Below, piece after piece: positions 50,733-61,400 of a stretch of 64,000 nucleotides of DNA (position 1 is the first letter of the stretch; the number at the start of each line of letters is the position of its first letter). The position numbers were made by a program, and so were the translations under genes. Below the pieces are notes generated by a model, which worked only from the letters and a program-made list of their open reading frames with translations, was not told where the DNA came from and ran no database searches. Location of the stretch: the NCBI GenBank assembly GCA_039806065.1, contig JBDKJS010000083.1, positions 4,010-68,009 of the forward strand, read 5' to 3'. The stretch comes from Bacteroidota bacterium (lineage in GTDB: Bacteria > Bacteroidota > Bacteroidia > AKYH767-A > 2013-40CM-41-45).

Positions 50733-50772
50733 AAAACCCAACAGTACTAGTGTGCTATTGGGTTTTGGATTG
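50733..50772. terminator. Bidirectional terminator hairpin between convergent genes
   Basis: AAAACCCAA/TTGGGTTTT 9-bp stem with T-rich flanks on both strands. Confidence 0.45.
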
Positions 50773-50801
50773 ATTTAGCGGCAACAATTTTTTTTACATA
50801 G

Positions 50802-51116
50802 CTAGCTATTGCTTAACAAGCTATTTCTTTCTGCAAGAAGTTCCATAATTATTTTATAGTCAGCTAATGAAATTGGTCTAATGCTATTAATTTCCTCAGG
50901 GCGTATTTCTATGGAAAGATCAGCACATCGTTTTTTATCATAAGCATCAAAAGCAGCCTTGTATGCATTCATTTTATGATGCTCCACAAAAAAATAAGCT
51001 ATGGTGGCAGCTGCGGTATTGTACTTATTGATAATGATACCTGATTCCTTGGATCCTGTCTTAAAAGACACCAGGCTATAAACGTGGATGTAGTCTTGAA
51101 GTTCGAGTGGGGTCAT
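50802..51116 (-). CDS. Hypothetical protein
   Basis: Intact 104-aa ORF with ATG start. No recognisable motif. Confidence 0.4.
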   Translation of the reverse strand: MTPLELQDYIHVYSLVSFKTGSKESGIIINKYNTAAATIAYFFVEHHKMNAYKAAFDAYDKKRCADLSIEIRPEEINSIRPISLADYKIIMELLAERNSLLSNS

Positions 51117-51249
51117 TGGTTAAATAGCATTTATTCATCAAAAATAATGGGTGAATAATTGAAAAAACAAAACACTTTGGTAGAAGCAAGTAAAAATGGG
51201 GCGAATATTTAAAAACTGAGTTGTTTTGATAATAGATTAAATTTGCAGC

Positions 51250-51747
51250 ATGAAGACGCTTTATTGCTGCCGCCATGCTAAATCATCATGGTCCATGCAT
51301 CACTTACCAGATATTGATAGACCGCTTAATGAAAGGGGCTATGGCGATGCGCATCAAATGGCACAGCAGTTTACTCTGGGGCAGCCGAATCCAACGCTTT
51401 TAATTAGTAGTACTGCCACAAGAGCATTATCAACTGCAATGATCTTTGCACGTCATCTTCAATATAACACTGCTCAAATACAATTGGCACCGAACCTTTA
51501 TGAAAGTAGTGTAGCTCACTATCTAGACCTTATAGCATGCATAGATGATGCGCATGAGGTAGTAATGCTATTTGGACACAACAATGTAATAAGTGATATG
51601 GTGATGACCCTTACCGGATTTCCAATAAGCTTGGCAACAGCAGGATTGGTTAAAATAACATTTGACTTAAGCAATTGGACGGAACTTTACAGTAGCAAGG
51701 GAGATTTAGTTTATTATAAATACCCCAAGCAGGGAACATTAAGCTAA
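51250..51747 (+). CDS. sixA: Histidine phosphatase family protein (SixA-like phosphohistidine phosphatase)
   Basis: LYCCRHAKS RHG-type catalytic motif. Confidence 0.75.
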   Translation: MKTLYCCRHAKSSWSMHHLPDIDRPLNERGYGDAHQMAQQFTLGQPNPTLLISSTATRALSTAMIFARHLQYNTAQIQLAPNLYESSVAHYLDLIACIDDAHEVVMLFGHNNVISDMVMTLTGFPISLATAGLVKITFDLSNWTELYSSKGDLVYYKYPKQGTLS

Positions 51748-51813
51748 TGTTAAATTAAACTGAGGGGTGGTTAAAAACTTTCACAATAGCGTTGCCTTTA
51801 ACACCTTTGTAAG

Positions 51814-52041
51814 ATGGATAAAGAAAAACAAGACCAACTAGCCACTACCATATCTTCAATCTTACAAAAAGAGTTGAGTAAATTTCCACGATTTAAAAAA
51901 CGGAAAGTAAGCGAAATGATTGCGCGTTTCTCATCAAAACTGGCGAAAAAACTATTGAAGCCTGTGGTAAAAGAAAACACAAAAAGTAAAAAGAGTGGTA
52001 TCAGAAAACCGGCTATTACCAACAAGAAAGGTAAAAAGTAA
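51814..52041 (+). CDS. Small lysine-rich basic protein of unknown function
   Basis: 75-aa ORF with ATG start, about one third Lys/Arg. Stop lies 3 nt before the ppk1 ATG. Confidence 0.45.
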   Translation: MDKEKQDQLATTISSILQKELSKFPRFKKRKVSEMIARFSSKLAKKLLKPVVKENTKSKKSGIRKPAITNKKGKK

Positions 52042-52044
52042 GCT

Positions 52045-54108
52045 ATGACCAAACAATTGATGACCTTCACCAATCGTGATATTAGCTGGCTATCATTTAA
52101 TGAAAGAGTATTACAAGAAGCGGCCAATGAAACAGTACCACTATTAGAAAGACTTCGTTTTTTAGGAATTTATTCAAGTAACAGGGATGAGTTTTTCAGG
52201 GTGCGAATAGCTACCCTACAGCGCACCTTAAAACTAGGAATCAAAGGCCATAAAATAATGGGAGAGCCGCCAGAGCAATTGCTCGAACGATTGGAGCAAA
52301 TAATGTTAACTCAACAGCAAAATTTTAATAAAATATATAAAGAATTAATTGCAACGCTTGCTAGTCATAAAATTGTTTTGATTGATGAAAAAAAGTTGGA
52401 TGCCAAGCAAGACCTTTTTGTAAGAAATTACTTTCATGAAACGGTGTATCCAAGGCTGGTGCCAATTATGCTCAGTGGGTTGAATAAATTTCCATACCTA
52501 CGCGACAAATCCATTTACTTCTTCATCAATCTTGTTGGATTGTCGGCTACTGAAAAGCCAAATTATGCATTGGTAGAAATTCCCAGTAGTGTAGTGCCAC
52601 GTTTTTTGATAATCCCTGGAAATGAAAGTCATTCATCACTCATCTTTCTAGACGATGTAATACGACATTGCCTAAAAGATATTTTTTCCATTTTTAAATT
52701 CAAGCGAATTGAAGCCTTTAGCTTTAAGATAACGCGCGATGCCGAACTCGATTTTGAGACTGATGTAAGTAAAAGTTTAGTAGAAAAAATTTCGCGTAGC
52801 ATTAAAAAAAGGAAAACAGGCGAACCGGTGAGGTTAGCATATGATGTGGCCATGCCTAAAGAAATGTTGGTTTACTTAAAACGTCATTTAAAAGGAGCAA
52901 AGCAATATTCCCTCATGCCAGAAGGCCGATATCTAAATATGAAAGACCTGCTCACCTTTCCATCAGAAATTGGTGAGCGGCTGCGCTATCAAAAGTTAAG
53001 GCCAACACAGCATCCAGCTTTAAATAATAGCAACAGTAAATTGCGTGCAATCGAGCTGCAAGATGTGCTATTGTGCTATCCCTATCAAAGTTATAATCAC
53101 ATCTTGGACATACTGCGTGAAGCAAGCATAGCGCCCTCTGTTAAAAGTATCAAAATAACACTCTATCGGGTAGCCCCAGTTTCAAGTATTGTGCACACAC
53201 TCATCAATGCTGTAAAGAATGGGAAGCAAGTAACAGCAGTAGTAGAATTGCAAGCCAGGTTTGATGAAGAAGCTAATATTTATTGGGCCAACAAACTTAA
53301 AGAAGAGGGTGCCAATGTGATCTATGGGGTGCCAGGTCTCAAGGTACATAGCAAGCTTTTTATTATTACCGCAAAAGAAAAAGGTAAGACAATCCTTTAC
53401 TCACATATTGGCACCGGCAATTTTAATGAAGACACGGCCAAAGTTTATGTTGACCATGCCTTACTAACCAGCAATAAAACCATCGGACAAGAGGTAAACC
53501 TTCTATTTGATTTTTATCAGAACAATTTCAAAACTGGTAAGTATGAAAAGCTTTTGGTGGCACCCTTTAGCATGCGCACCAATTTATTACAATTTATAAA
53601 AAGGGAAACCAAGCATGCCCTTTCTGGAAAAAAGGCACACATCATCTTAAAAATGAATAGCCTCAGTGATCCCGAAATGATGCAAGCCTTAAGCAAAGCA
53701 TCAGCATCAGGTGTAAAGGTTCAGTTGATCATCCGTGGAATATGTTGCCTAGGTTCAGAAAAGGCTTCCCGTTCAAATATAAGCAGCATCAGCATAGTTG
53801 ATAAATATTTAGAACATAGTCGAATTTTTTATTTTTTCAATGACGGCAAGCCACGTTACTACCTATCGTCAGCTGATTTAATGGGCCGCAACCTCGATTT
53901 CAGAAGTGAAGTGGCAGTGCCTATCGAAGATGATGCTATTAGAAAGCAACTAATGGACTATTTACATTATCAACTTCGTGATAATGTAAAAGCAAGGCTG
54001 CTGAATGGTAACAATGAATTTGTACCCCCACTGCCACTGAGCAAGCGGTTCAGAAGCCAAGATGAACTCTATTTATATTTTAAACAACGGGAACGAATAA
54101 AAAAATAA
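52045..54108 (+). CDS. ppk: Polyphosphate kinase 1
   Basis: N-terminal RDISWLSFNERVLQEA. Two PLD-like HKD-type regions (VHSKLFII, HIGTGNFN). Confidence 0.9.
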   Translation: MTKQLMTFTNRDISWLSFNERVLQEAANETVPLLERLRFLGIYSSNRDEFFRVRIATLQRTLKLGIKGHKIMGEPPEQLLERLEQIMLTQQQNFNKIYKELIATLASHKIVLIDEKKLDAKQDLFVRNYFHETVYPRLVPIMLSGLNKFPYLRDKSIYFFINLVGLSATEKPNYALVEIPSSVVPRFLIIPGNESHSSLIFLDDVIRHCLKDIFSIFKFKRIEAFSFKITRDAELDFETDVSKSLVEKISRSIKKRKTGEPVRLAYDVAMPKEMLVYLKRHLKGAKQYSLMPEGRYLNMKDLLTFPSEIGERLRYQKLRPTQHPALNNSNSKLRAIELQDVLLCYPYQSYNHILDILREASIAPSVKSIKITLYRVAPVSSIVHTLINAVKNGKQVTAVVELQARFDEEANIYWANKLKEEGANVIYGVPGLKVHSKLFIITAKEKGKTILYSHIGTGNFNEDTAKVYVDHALLTSNKTIGQEVNLLFDFYQNNFKTGKYEKLLVAPFSMRTNLLQFIKRETKHALSGKKAHIILKMNSLSDPEMMQALSKASASGVKVQLIIRGICCLGSEKASRSNISSISIVDKYLEHSRIFYFFNDGKPRYYLSSADLMGRNLDFRSEVAVPIEDDAIRKQLMDYLHYQLRDNVKARLLNGNNEFVPPLPLSKRFRSQDELYLYFKQRERIKK

Positions 54109-54162
54109 TTTAGGTGACCACAATTTTTCGAAAGAGGTTATATTAGTGGAAAATTTTTTAAA

Positions 54163-55068
54163 TTGAAATTTGCAGCCATTGATATAGGATCCAATGCCGT
54201 TCGACTGTTATTTGGTTATGTGATAGAAACCAACCATGGTCCTGAATTTACAAAAGCAGAGCTGATCAGAATCCCTTTGCGACTAGGCGAAGATGCGTTC
54301 ATTCACCACAGGATAGGTCCAATGCTAGAAGAAAAGTTTATCAATGTAATGCAGGCATTTAAATTACTAATTGATGCTTACGGAGCCATTAGCTACCGTG
54401 CATGTGCCACCAGTGCCATGCGTGAAGCTGAAAATGCGCCAGCCATTATCCAAAAAGTAGCAGATCGTTGTGGTCTAAAGATAGAAATTATCAGCGGTCG
54501 AATAGAAGCTGAAACAATTTATGCCAACCATGTAGCAGAGCATTTAGATCCTGCCAATGCCTACCTTTATATTGATGTGGGCGGTGGCAGCACTGAGCTC
54601 ACCTTATTTCATCAAAACCAAACAATAGCTTCCAAATCATTTGATGTGGGCACCATTAGGTGGTTGCACCAAATGGTGAGTAAGGAATATTGGGCAGCAG
54701 TAAAATCATGGGTAAGAACGGTAACAGCTGAACATGCCCCCCTGGTAGCCATAGGTTCAGGTGGCAACATTAATAAAATATTTAAAATGTTGGGGCGTAA
54801 AGAAAATAAGCCACTCACTTACACAAAATTACGAGAGTTGTATGATTATTTAAAAGCCTTTACTGTTGAGGATCGAATACGCCTGCTCGGACTTCGGCCT
54901 GATAGAGCCGATGTGATAGTACCGGCTGCAAAAATCTTTTTAAGCATTATGAAGCACGCACAAATAGAAAAAATAATAGTACCGCAGATAGGCTTAAGCG
55001 ATGGATTAATTCACCAGCAATATGAAGCCTATAAAATAAGTAGAGCTGCCAATCCACACCCACTATAA
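54163..55068 (+). CDS. ppx: Exopolyphosphatase / guanosine pentaphosphate phosphohydrolase (Ppx/GppA family)
   Basis: FAAIDIGSNAVRLL ASKHA start. DVGGGSTEL motif. TTG start. Confidence 0.85.
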   Translation: MKFAAIDIGSNAVRLLFGYVIETNHGPEFTKAELIRIPLRLGEDAFIHHRIGPMLEEKFINVMQAFKLLIDAYGAISYRACATSAMREAENAPAIIQKVADRCGLKIEIISGRIEAETIYANHVAEHLDPANAYLYIDVGGGSTELTLFHQNQTIASKSFDVGTIRWLHQMVSKEYWAAVKSWVRTVTAEHAPLVAIGSGGNINKIFKMLGRKENKPLTYTKLRELYDYLKAFTVEDRIRLLGLRPDRADVIVPAAKIFLSIMKHAQIEKIIVPQIGLSDGLIHQQYEAYKISRAANPHPL

Positions 55069-55074
55069 AATACA

Positions 55075-55103
55075 AAGTCCGGTACCTGCGTAATACCGGA
55101 CTT
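55075..55103 (+). terminator. Strong hairpin immediately after ppx (terminator-like, no U-tract)
   Basis: Perfect 10-bp stem AAGTCCGGTA/TACCGGACTT with a 9-nt loop, 7 nt after the stop. Confidence 0.35.
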
Positions 55104-55264
55104 AAGAAAAATGCTGATTCTGTGTGAGAAAAAAGCTTTACAAATGTTCAATCTTGCAACTATATTACCAATACCTAAAATTAAGTAATTTACATACCTA
55201 TTAGTGGGTATAAATCATTAAAATAGCGTCAAAAGCACAATACACGTTACAACACATAATTAAG

Positions 55265-55693
55265 ATGCCTGTCCACATCAATTTTTTTAAGGAAGCTATC
55301 AAACTGCGCCTGCTCCATAAACAACACCTTACTTTGTGGCTTATCAAATGTCTGAAAGATTTTGGTTATACCAATGGCGAAGTAAATATCATTCTATGTA
55401 GTGATCGCTATTTGTTGAAAATGAATCAAGCTTATTTAAACCATCATTATTATACTGACATTATAACTTTTGACAATGGCAGTACAAAGCCCTTGGTGAT
55501 GGCAGATTTATTTATTTCAATAAACTCGGTTCAAAAAAATGCCAAGACGCTCCAAATTAAATTTGATGACGAACTACACAGGGTAATGGTACATGGCGTG
55601 CTACACCTCTGTGGTCATGGCGACAAAACCAAGGCTCAAAGTATGCTGATGCGAAAAGCAGAAGACCATTACCTTTCGCTGCGTAAGTTTTAA
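55265..55693 (+). CDS. ybeY: rRNA maturation RNase YbeY
   Basis: HGVLHLCGH zinc-binding H3 motif. Confidence 0.85.
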   Translation: MPVHINFFKEAIKLRLLHKQHLTLWLIKCLKDFGYTNGEVNIILCSDRYLLKMNQAYLNHHYYTDIITFDNGSTKPLVMADLFISINSVQKNAKTLQIKFDDELHRVMVHGVLHLCGHGDKTKAQSMLMRKAEDHYLSLRKF

Positions 55694-56676
55694 TAGGTAG
55701 TAATTTTTAGGTAGATTGTAAAAACTAAAAGCATCAATACCAATAGCTCTTTAATCCAAAGTCGTTTATGGCCTGAAAGAAAATAGTAAGCCCAAAACAA
55801 ACTCACAGGAGTAGCCATTACCAACCATTGAAACCAATTAATGGTATCCACCAAAAGAAGGCTACCTGCCATGGTGATGATATACAGTGTGAGTAATTGC
55901 TGACACAATCTTGTTTTTATGGCATTCTTATAATAATTGAGGCGCATTTTAATAGCAGCAGCTAAAGTTATTATAGCCATTAACAATCCATAAAGTTGAA
56001 TCGCCTTAGTGACTTCAAAATTATAGAACAACTTTTTATTGATTTCCATTGAAGTGAAATACGACAAGAAAGTAGGAAAACTATCCATACAATAATAGCC
56101 AACTCCAGTAAGGAATATAGGAATTCCGATGGCAGTAGTGGCTATGAGCATTTCTTTCCATTTAAATGATCGAATAATAATAATAGCCCCTATATAAAAA
56201 ACAACCGCACTCATCAAGGGGGCATACAGCAATACTACAATCCCTATTAGAAGCCCTCCATCAAATAATTGCGCAGTAGCGTCTTGCTCTTTAAAGGCAC
56301 TCATCATTTTATTAAAAACGGCTATTAATAAAAAATTGGCTACTAGCAGCGGCTGCGGCCCCAGAACGCTGTTGCTAAATCCACTTATTACCAAATAGAA
56401 GAATGCTGGTAAGTAACTTTGTTTGTAAAGGATCTCATGTTTATTACTCACATGATTGAGGTAAAGTGCAGTACCTATTTGCAATGCAGCAGCCAAGAAC
56501 CAATTGAGCCACATAGGGAGATGGCTATAGGCATTATTAAAAATTTGGATGAACAAGGATTTGAAGGGAGTAAAATCAGCAGCGCACTTCCACCACCAAG
56601 GCAATGCGAGCAATAAACCCAAAAGGACTATACCCAACAGGTTAACAGGATAGATGGACCTAAAAAATTTTAACAT
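55690..56676 (-). CDS. Hypothetical polytopic membrane protein
   Basis: About 9 predicted TM helices. ATG at 56676 chosen; the ORF track extends to a GTG at 56757. Confidence 0.45.
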   Translation of the reverse strand: MLKFFRSIYPVNLLGIVLLGLLLALPWWWKCAADFTPFKSLFIQIFNNAYSHLPMWLNWFLAAALQIGTALYLNHVSNKHEILYKQSYLPAFFYLVISGFSNSVLGPQPLLVANFLLIAVFNKMMSAFKEQDATAQLFDGGLLIGIVVLLYAPLMSAVVFYIGAIIIIRSFKWKEMLIATTAIGIPIFLTGVGYYCMDSFPTFLSYFTSMEINKKLFYNFEVTKAIQLYGLLMAIITLAAAIKMRLNYYKNAIKTRLCQQLLTLYIITMAGSLLLVDTINWFQWLVMATPVSLFWAYYFLSGHKRLWIKELLVLMLLVFTIYLKITTY

Positions 56677-56837
56677 CTTATTCGCCCAAATGTAGAATTT
56701 GAAAAGCAACAAATGCGGTAGAAGAAATAAATATTTATAAGCAATATGATTAACCACAGACCTTATTACCTAGCCATTAAACAAGCCTTTGATAAATATA
56801 AAACTCTTCCTACCTTTGAGGCGTTAAAAAAAGAACG

Positions 56838-56999
56838 ATGAATAAATTTTTCTACCTCCTTGGCAATTTATACGAAACAGTATTTACCGTGATGAAAAGC
56901 ATTGGCCCAGTGATGAACGTACTCATTATGCTTAGTTTGGCAACCGCTTTTTGCTATTGGTTAGGCCAAATGACCAAGCATAAGGAGCCCAAATTTTAA
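56838..56999 (+). CDS. Unannotated small membrane protein (53 aa)
   Basis: ATG-initiated ORF MNKFFYLLGNLYETVFTVMKSIGPVMNVLIMLSLATAFCYWLGQMTKHKEPKF with one TM helix. Below the ORF-track size cutoff. Confidence 0.35.
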   Translation: MNKFFYLLGNLYETVFTVMKSIGPVMNVLIMLSLATAFCYWLGQMTKHKEPKF

Positions 57000-57078
57000 G
57001 CGCAAGCGTTTGTTTATTTAGTAAAATGTAAGCCAAAGGCCAAGTTTTACAATTTTTGAGGAACCTTTTATTCCCAAA

Positions 57079-57096
57079 TTGGTAAAATATTACCAA
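57079..57096 (+). promoter_or_regulatory. Perfect inverted repeat TTGGTAA-aata-TTACCAA, 12 nt upstream of the response-regulator start codon
   Basis: 7-bp arms with a 4-bp spacer, seen directly in sequence. Confidence 0.4.
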
Positions 57097-57107
57097 ACTG
57101 GAATAGT

Positions 57108-58481
57108 ATGCAGTCAAAATCCTCACCCATAAAGATCTTCATCTTAGAAGACAACGATTTCTACCGCGAGCTTATTAAATACAACTTAAGTCTAATACCT
57201 GATTATGAGGTGCACACTTTTGGCACTGGCCGTGAATTGTTAGACAACCTACATAAGAATCCGCACATCGTTACGCTTGATTTTGTACTACCAGATTATA
57301 CGGGTGATGAGCTTATTCAAAAAATCAAAAACTACAATAACAATATCCATGTTATTGTTATTTCGGAGCAGCGCGACATACGGACCGCTGTAGAGATGCT
57401 ACGCAAAGGAGCATTTGAATACATTACCAAAGACGAAGAAACGCGCGACCATTTACTGCATGCCATCAATAAAATAGTTGACAAACTAGTATTACAAAGT
57501 GAGGTAGCCTTGCTGCGAAAGGAGTTGGATAAAAAGTATGAATTTGAAAACATAGTCCAAGGCCGCAGTGAGTCTATAAAGAAGGTTTATGATTTAATGA
57601 CCAAGGCCGTTAACTCAAATATCAATGTATCCATAAGCGGAGAATCCGGAACCGGAAAAGAGGTAGTAGCCAAGGCCATACACTATCATTCTACCAAAAA
57701 GAACAAACCATTTGTAGCGGTGAATGTGGCGGCCATCCCTAAAGACTTATTAGAAAGTGAGTTGTTTGGACATGAAAAAGGATCATTTACCGGTGCCACA
57801 GCTACCAGAATTGGAAAATTTGAAGAAGCGGATGGCGGCACCCTCTTTTTAGATGAGATCGGAGAATTAGACATTTCACTACAGGCCAAACTACTACGTG
57901 TGCTACAAGAAAAAGAAATTACCAGAATAGGTTCTAATAAGGTAATTAAAATAAATTGTCGAATCATTATCGCCACTCATAAAAATTTACTAGAAGAAGT
58001 AAAGAAAAATAATTTCAGAGAGGATTTATATTATCGTCTTATGGGTCTTCCCATACACATGCCTTCCCTTCGAGACCGAAGCAGCGATATACTCATCATT
58101 GCCAAAACCCTACTCGATTCATTCTGCAGGGAAAATATGGGGACTACTAAATTGTCATTTACTCCTGATGCACAAGAAAAACTATTGAAACATTATTACC
58201 CTGGAAACATTAGAGAGCTCAAGGCTGTGATAGAATTAGCAGCAGTATTGTGCAATGGTCATCTAATAGAACCACATGACATTCGTTTTGAGAGTGCAGC
58301 CAGCATTAATGCACTTACCTATGAAGAAACCACACTTGAGGAATATACCATGAAAATAATTAAATATTTTCTAGAAAAATACAATGACAATGTGGTAACG
58401 GTGGCCAAAAAACTAGATGTAGGCAAATCAACGATATACAGATATATTAAAGAAAAGAAATTAAACATTGCCAAGGTTTAA
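57108..58481 (+). CDS. Sigma-54-dependent Fis-family response regulator (NtrC-like)
   Basis: Receiver domain (ILEDNDFY...D in LDFVLPD). AAA+ sigma54-interaction domain with GESGTGKE Walker A and GSFTGA (GAFTGA variant). C-terminal HTH. Confidence 0.85.
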   Translation: MQSKSSPIKIFILEDNDFYRELIKYNLSLIPDYEVHTFGTGRELLDNLHKNPHIVTLDFVLPDYTGDELIQKIKNYNNNIHVIVISEQRDIRTAVEMLRKGAFEYITKDEETRDHLLHAINKIVDKLVLQSEVALLRKELDKKYEFENIVQGRSESIKKVYDLMTKAVNSNINVSISGESGTGKEVVAKAIHYHSTKKNKPFVAVNVAAIPKDLLESELFGHEKGSFTGATATRIGKFEEADGGTLFLDEIGELDISLQAKLLRVLQEKEITRIGSNKVIKINCRIIIATHKNLLEEVKKNNFREDLYYRLMGLPIHMPSLRDRSSDILIIAKTLLDSFCRENMGTTKLSFTPDAQEKLLKHYYPGNIRELKAVIELAAVLCNGHLIEPHDIRFESAASINALTYEETTLEEYTMKIIKYFLEKYNDNVVTVAKKLDVGKSTIYRYIKEKKLNIAKV

Positions 58482-58496
58482 TTGCATTGTGAAGCT

Positions 58497-61400
58497 ATGG
58501 AAAAACAATTATTAGATTTTTTAATAGAAGCGCGTCATAAAGAACCGCACAAGGCTTATAGTTTGCCTAATGCCATGACTTGCTATTTTGAAGAAAAAGC
58601 CAAGCAAGATCCAGCCGCACTGGCCCAAGAAATAGCTGGACTTTTGAGTCTTACCAGCAGTAGAATTGAAGATTATAAAGCCAACATACAACAACAAAAT
58701 AAAATACTTGAACAAAATGCAGCAGAACTTACCAAGGCCAACCAGCAATTAGAACAAGATTTAAATTTACAGCGCAAAACGCTTCGCAACCTCCGAAATA
58801 CAGCGGTGATGCTTGCCCGTTATAGCAATGTAGAGTTGAGCATTGAAGAAAACAACATCGAAATATTGAGCCAGCTGGTGCAAGAATTGATAGCCAACCG
58901 TGAACAAGACAGATTGGCATTGGTGGAAAGTAAAATTAAATACAGCAATTTAGTAGAAGAGATTAATTCTATAGTGATGCAAATAAATGCTGATGGAGAA
59001 TTTACATTTTTAAATAAAGCCTGGTATGATATTACGGGCCATCCTATTGAACATGCCCTGCACCACTCCATTTATCAATTTATAAATGATGAGCAAGCAA
59101 GCCTTCAGCTAAAAGAGGCCATTAACCATATGGTGCAACACAATGTGCTCACCTATCAAACCAACTTAAGCATAAGTACACATGCTAAAAAAACAGTATA
59201 CGTAGAGTTGGCCTTAAAATTAAGCTTTAATATAACTGGCGAAATAAACGGTATAACAGGTATCATGACAGATATCACTGAGATTTTAGAGAAAAATAAA
59301 AAAATTAACACACTCAAAGATTTTTACGAAAACATTCTCAACAAACTACCCATTGATATAGCCATCTTTGACCAAAACCACAAATACCTTTACTTAAATG
59401 CTTCGGCTATTAAAGATGAAGAATTAAGAAAGTGGTTAATAGGAAAAGATGATTTTGACTATGCCGCTTTTAGAGGCAAATCAATGGACATAGCCACTGA
59501 AAGAAGAGAAGCATTTGAGCAAGTAATAGCTACCGGTGAAGCCATTGAGTGGGAAGAGCATTTGCCACAAGGTGAGGGGAAAGGGCAAAACTATATCAGG
59601 TGGTTTAAACCCATTAGCGATGAGAACCAACAAGGAAGTTATGTAATAGGATACGGATTTGATATTACAGAACGTAAATCAATAGAAAGTGCGCTCAAGG
59701 TGAGCGAGGCCCAATTCAAGGCCATCAATACCATAGTACCGGTGGGCATATTTATAGAGAACCAAAACAGAGAATGTATTTTTGTGAATGAGGCCTTTAC
59801 TAATATTACAGGCCTCACCAGTGAACAAACCTTGGTGAGTAGCTGGCGCGAAAGCATGCATGCTGAAGATAAGAAGGAGGCAACCAAACTACTGGAAGAG
59901 GCTTATAAGAAAAACAAAACCAGTATTAAACTCAACACCCGCTATGTTCATCACAACGGATCTACACATTGGACCAATATAAACATAACCGAGATCAGAG
60001 AAAATGAAAAACTGATTGGCTATATAGGCGTGGTACTAGACATTACTGAGAATGTGATGCAAGAACAAGAGCTGCTTCGAGCCAAGGAAATAGCCCTAGA
60101 TTCCCTTCGCACGAAGGAACAATTTTTGGCCAACATGAGTCATGAAATACGTACTCCAATGAATGCTGTAATTGGGATGAGCGATTTACTTTTAAAAACC
60201 ACCCTCTCCGAAAAACAGCTTCAATATATGGAAGCAATCAATCACAGTGGAAAAAATCTTTTGGTAATCATTAACGACATACTCGACTTTTCAAAAATTG
60301 AAGCCGGCAAACTTGAGTTGGAACACACGGGGTTTCAGTTACACAAGCTGGTTAGCAACACAATCGATCAATTTCAATATTCAGCAGCTGAAAAATCGAT
60401 ACAGTTAAATTTTGAATTTAGAAATTTTACTGGATCTGAGATTTTCTTAGGCGATCCAACTCGCATAACCCAAGTGCTCAATAATTTAATTTCGAATGGT
60501 ATAAAATTTACAGAGCAAGGTGGTGTTAACGTGAGTATTGTTAAAACAGCTGAAGACCATGAACTAACCTCACTTGAATTTAAAATTACAGATACGGGAA
60601 TAGGTATAGCTCCTGATAAAATAGAACAAGTTTTTGAGAGTTTTACCCAAGCGCACACCGGAGTGGCGCGTAAATATGGCGGCACCGGTTTAGGATTGGC
60701 CATTACTAAAAATCTTGTTGAAATGATGGGCGGTAAGGTGCGACTACAATCTAAGATTAACCTTGGATCCACCTTTACTTTTACCTTAAAACTCTTCCGT
60801 GGAACCATCCATGACTTACAAGATGAACTGATCAATAACAGTATTGAAATAATTAATTACAAGCTAAATATACTCCTTGCTGAAGATCATAAATACAACC
60901 AGATGTATGCCCAATCGTTATTAGGCGAATGGGGAATAAAGGTAGATATAGCCGAGAACGGAAAGGTGGCCATTAATAAATTACAAGAGCAACACTATGA
61001 TTTGGTTTTAATGGATTTACAAATGCCTGTTTGCGGAGGATTGGAAGCCACCCATTATATAAGAACCAAGCTCACAGGCCCCGCAAGACAAATACCTATT
61101 ATAGCCCTTACGGCCAATGCCATGAAGGCTGATATAGAAAAATGCTACGAAGCAGGAATGAATGATTACATCACCAAGCCCTTTGATCCACAAGTGCTGT
61201 TGAAGAAAATTAAAAAATATACCAAGGCTTCGGAGAGTGATGAAACCTTACAGCAATTAAAAAATGCTGACCTAAGAAGTGCCATGCTAGCCGAAGGTGA
61301 AAAATTAGTTGACTTAGGTTTTTTAAAAAAAATGTCGAGGGGCAATAAAACATTTGTTTTAAATATGATCAATATGTTTTATGAAACCAGCAACCCACTC

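Noticed and set aside
51798-52127. 109-aa minus-strand ORF overlapping the Lys-rich small ORF and the ppk1 start
   Set aside because: It runs antisense across the ppk1 start codon. Its hydrophobic, Phe-rich composition is what one expects from reading an A-rich lysine-coding region backwards. The plus-strand arrangement, with a 3-nt spacing to ppk1, is more parsimonious.
56935-56952. Candidate sigma54 -24/-12 promoter TTGGCAACCGCTTTTTGCT near the NtrC-like regulator
   Set aside because: The GG-to-GC spacing is 2 nt longer than the strict TGGCAC-N5-TTGC geometry, and the site lies inside the candidate small ORF. It is probably a chance match.
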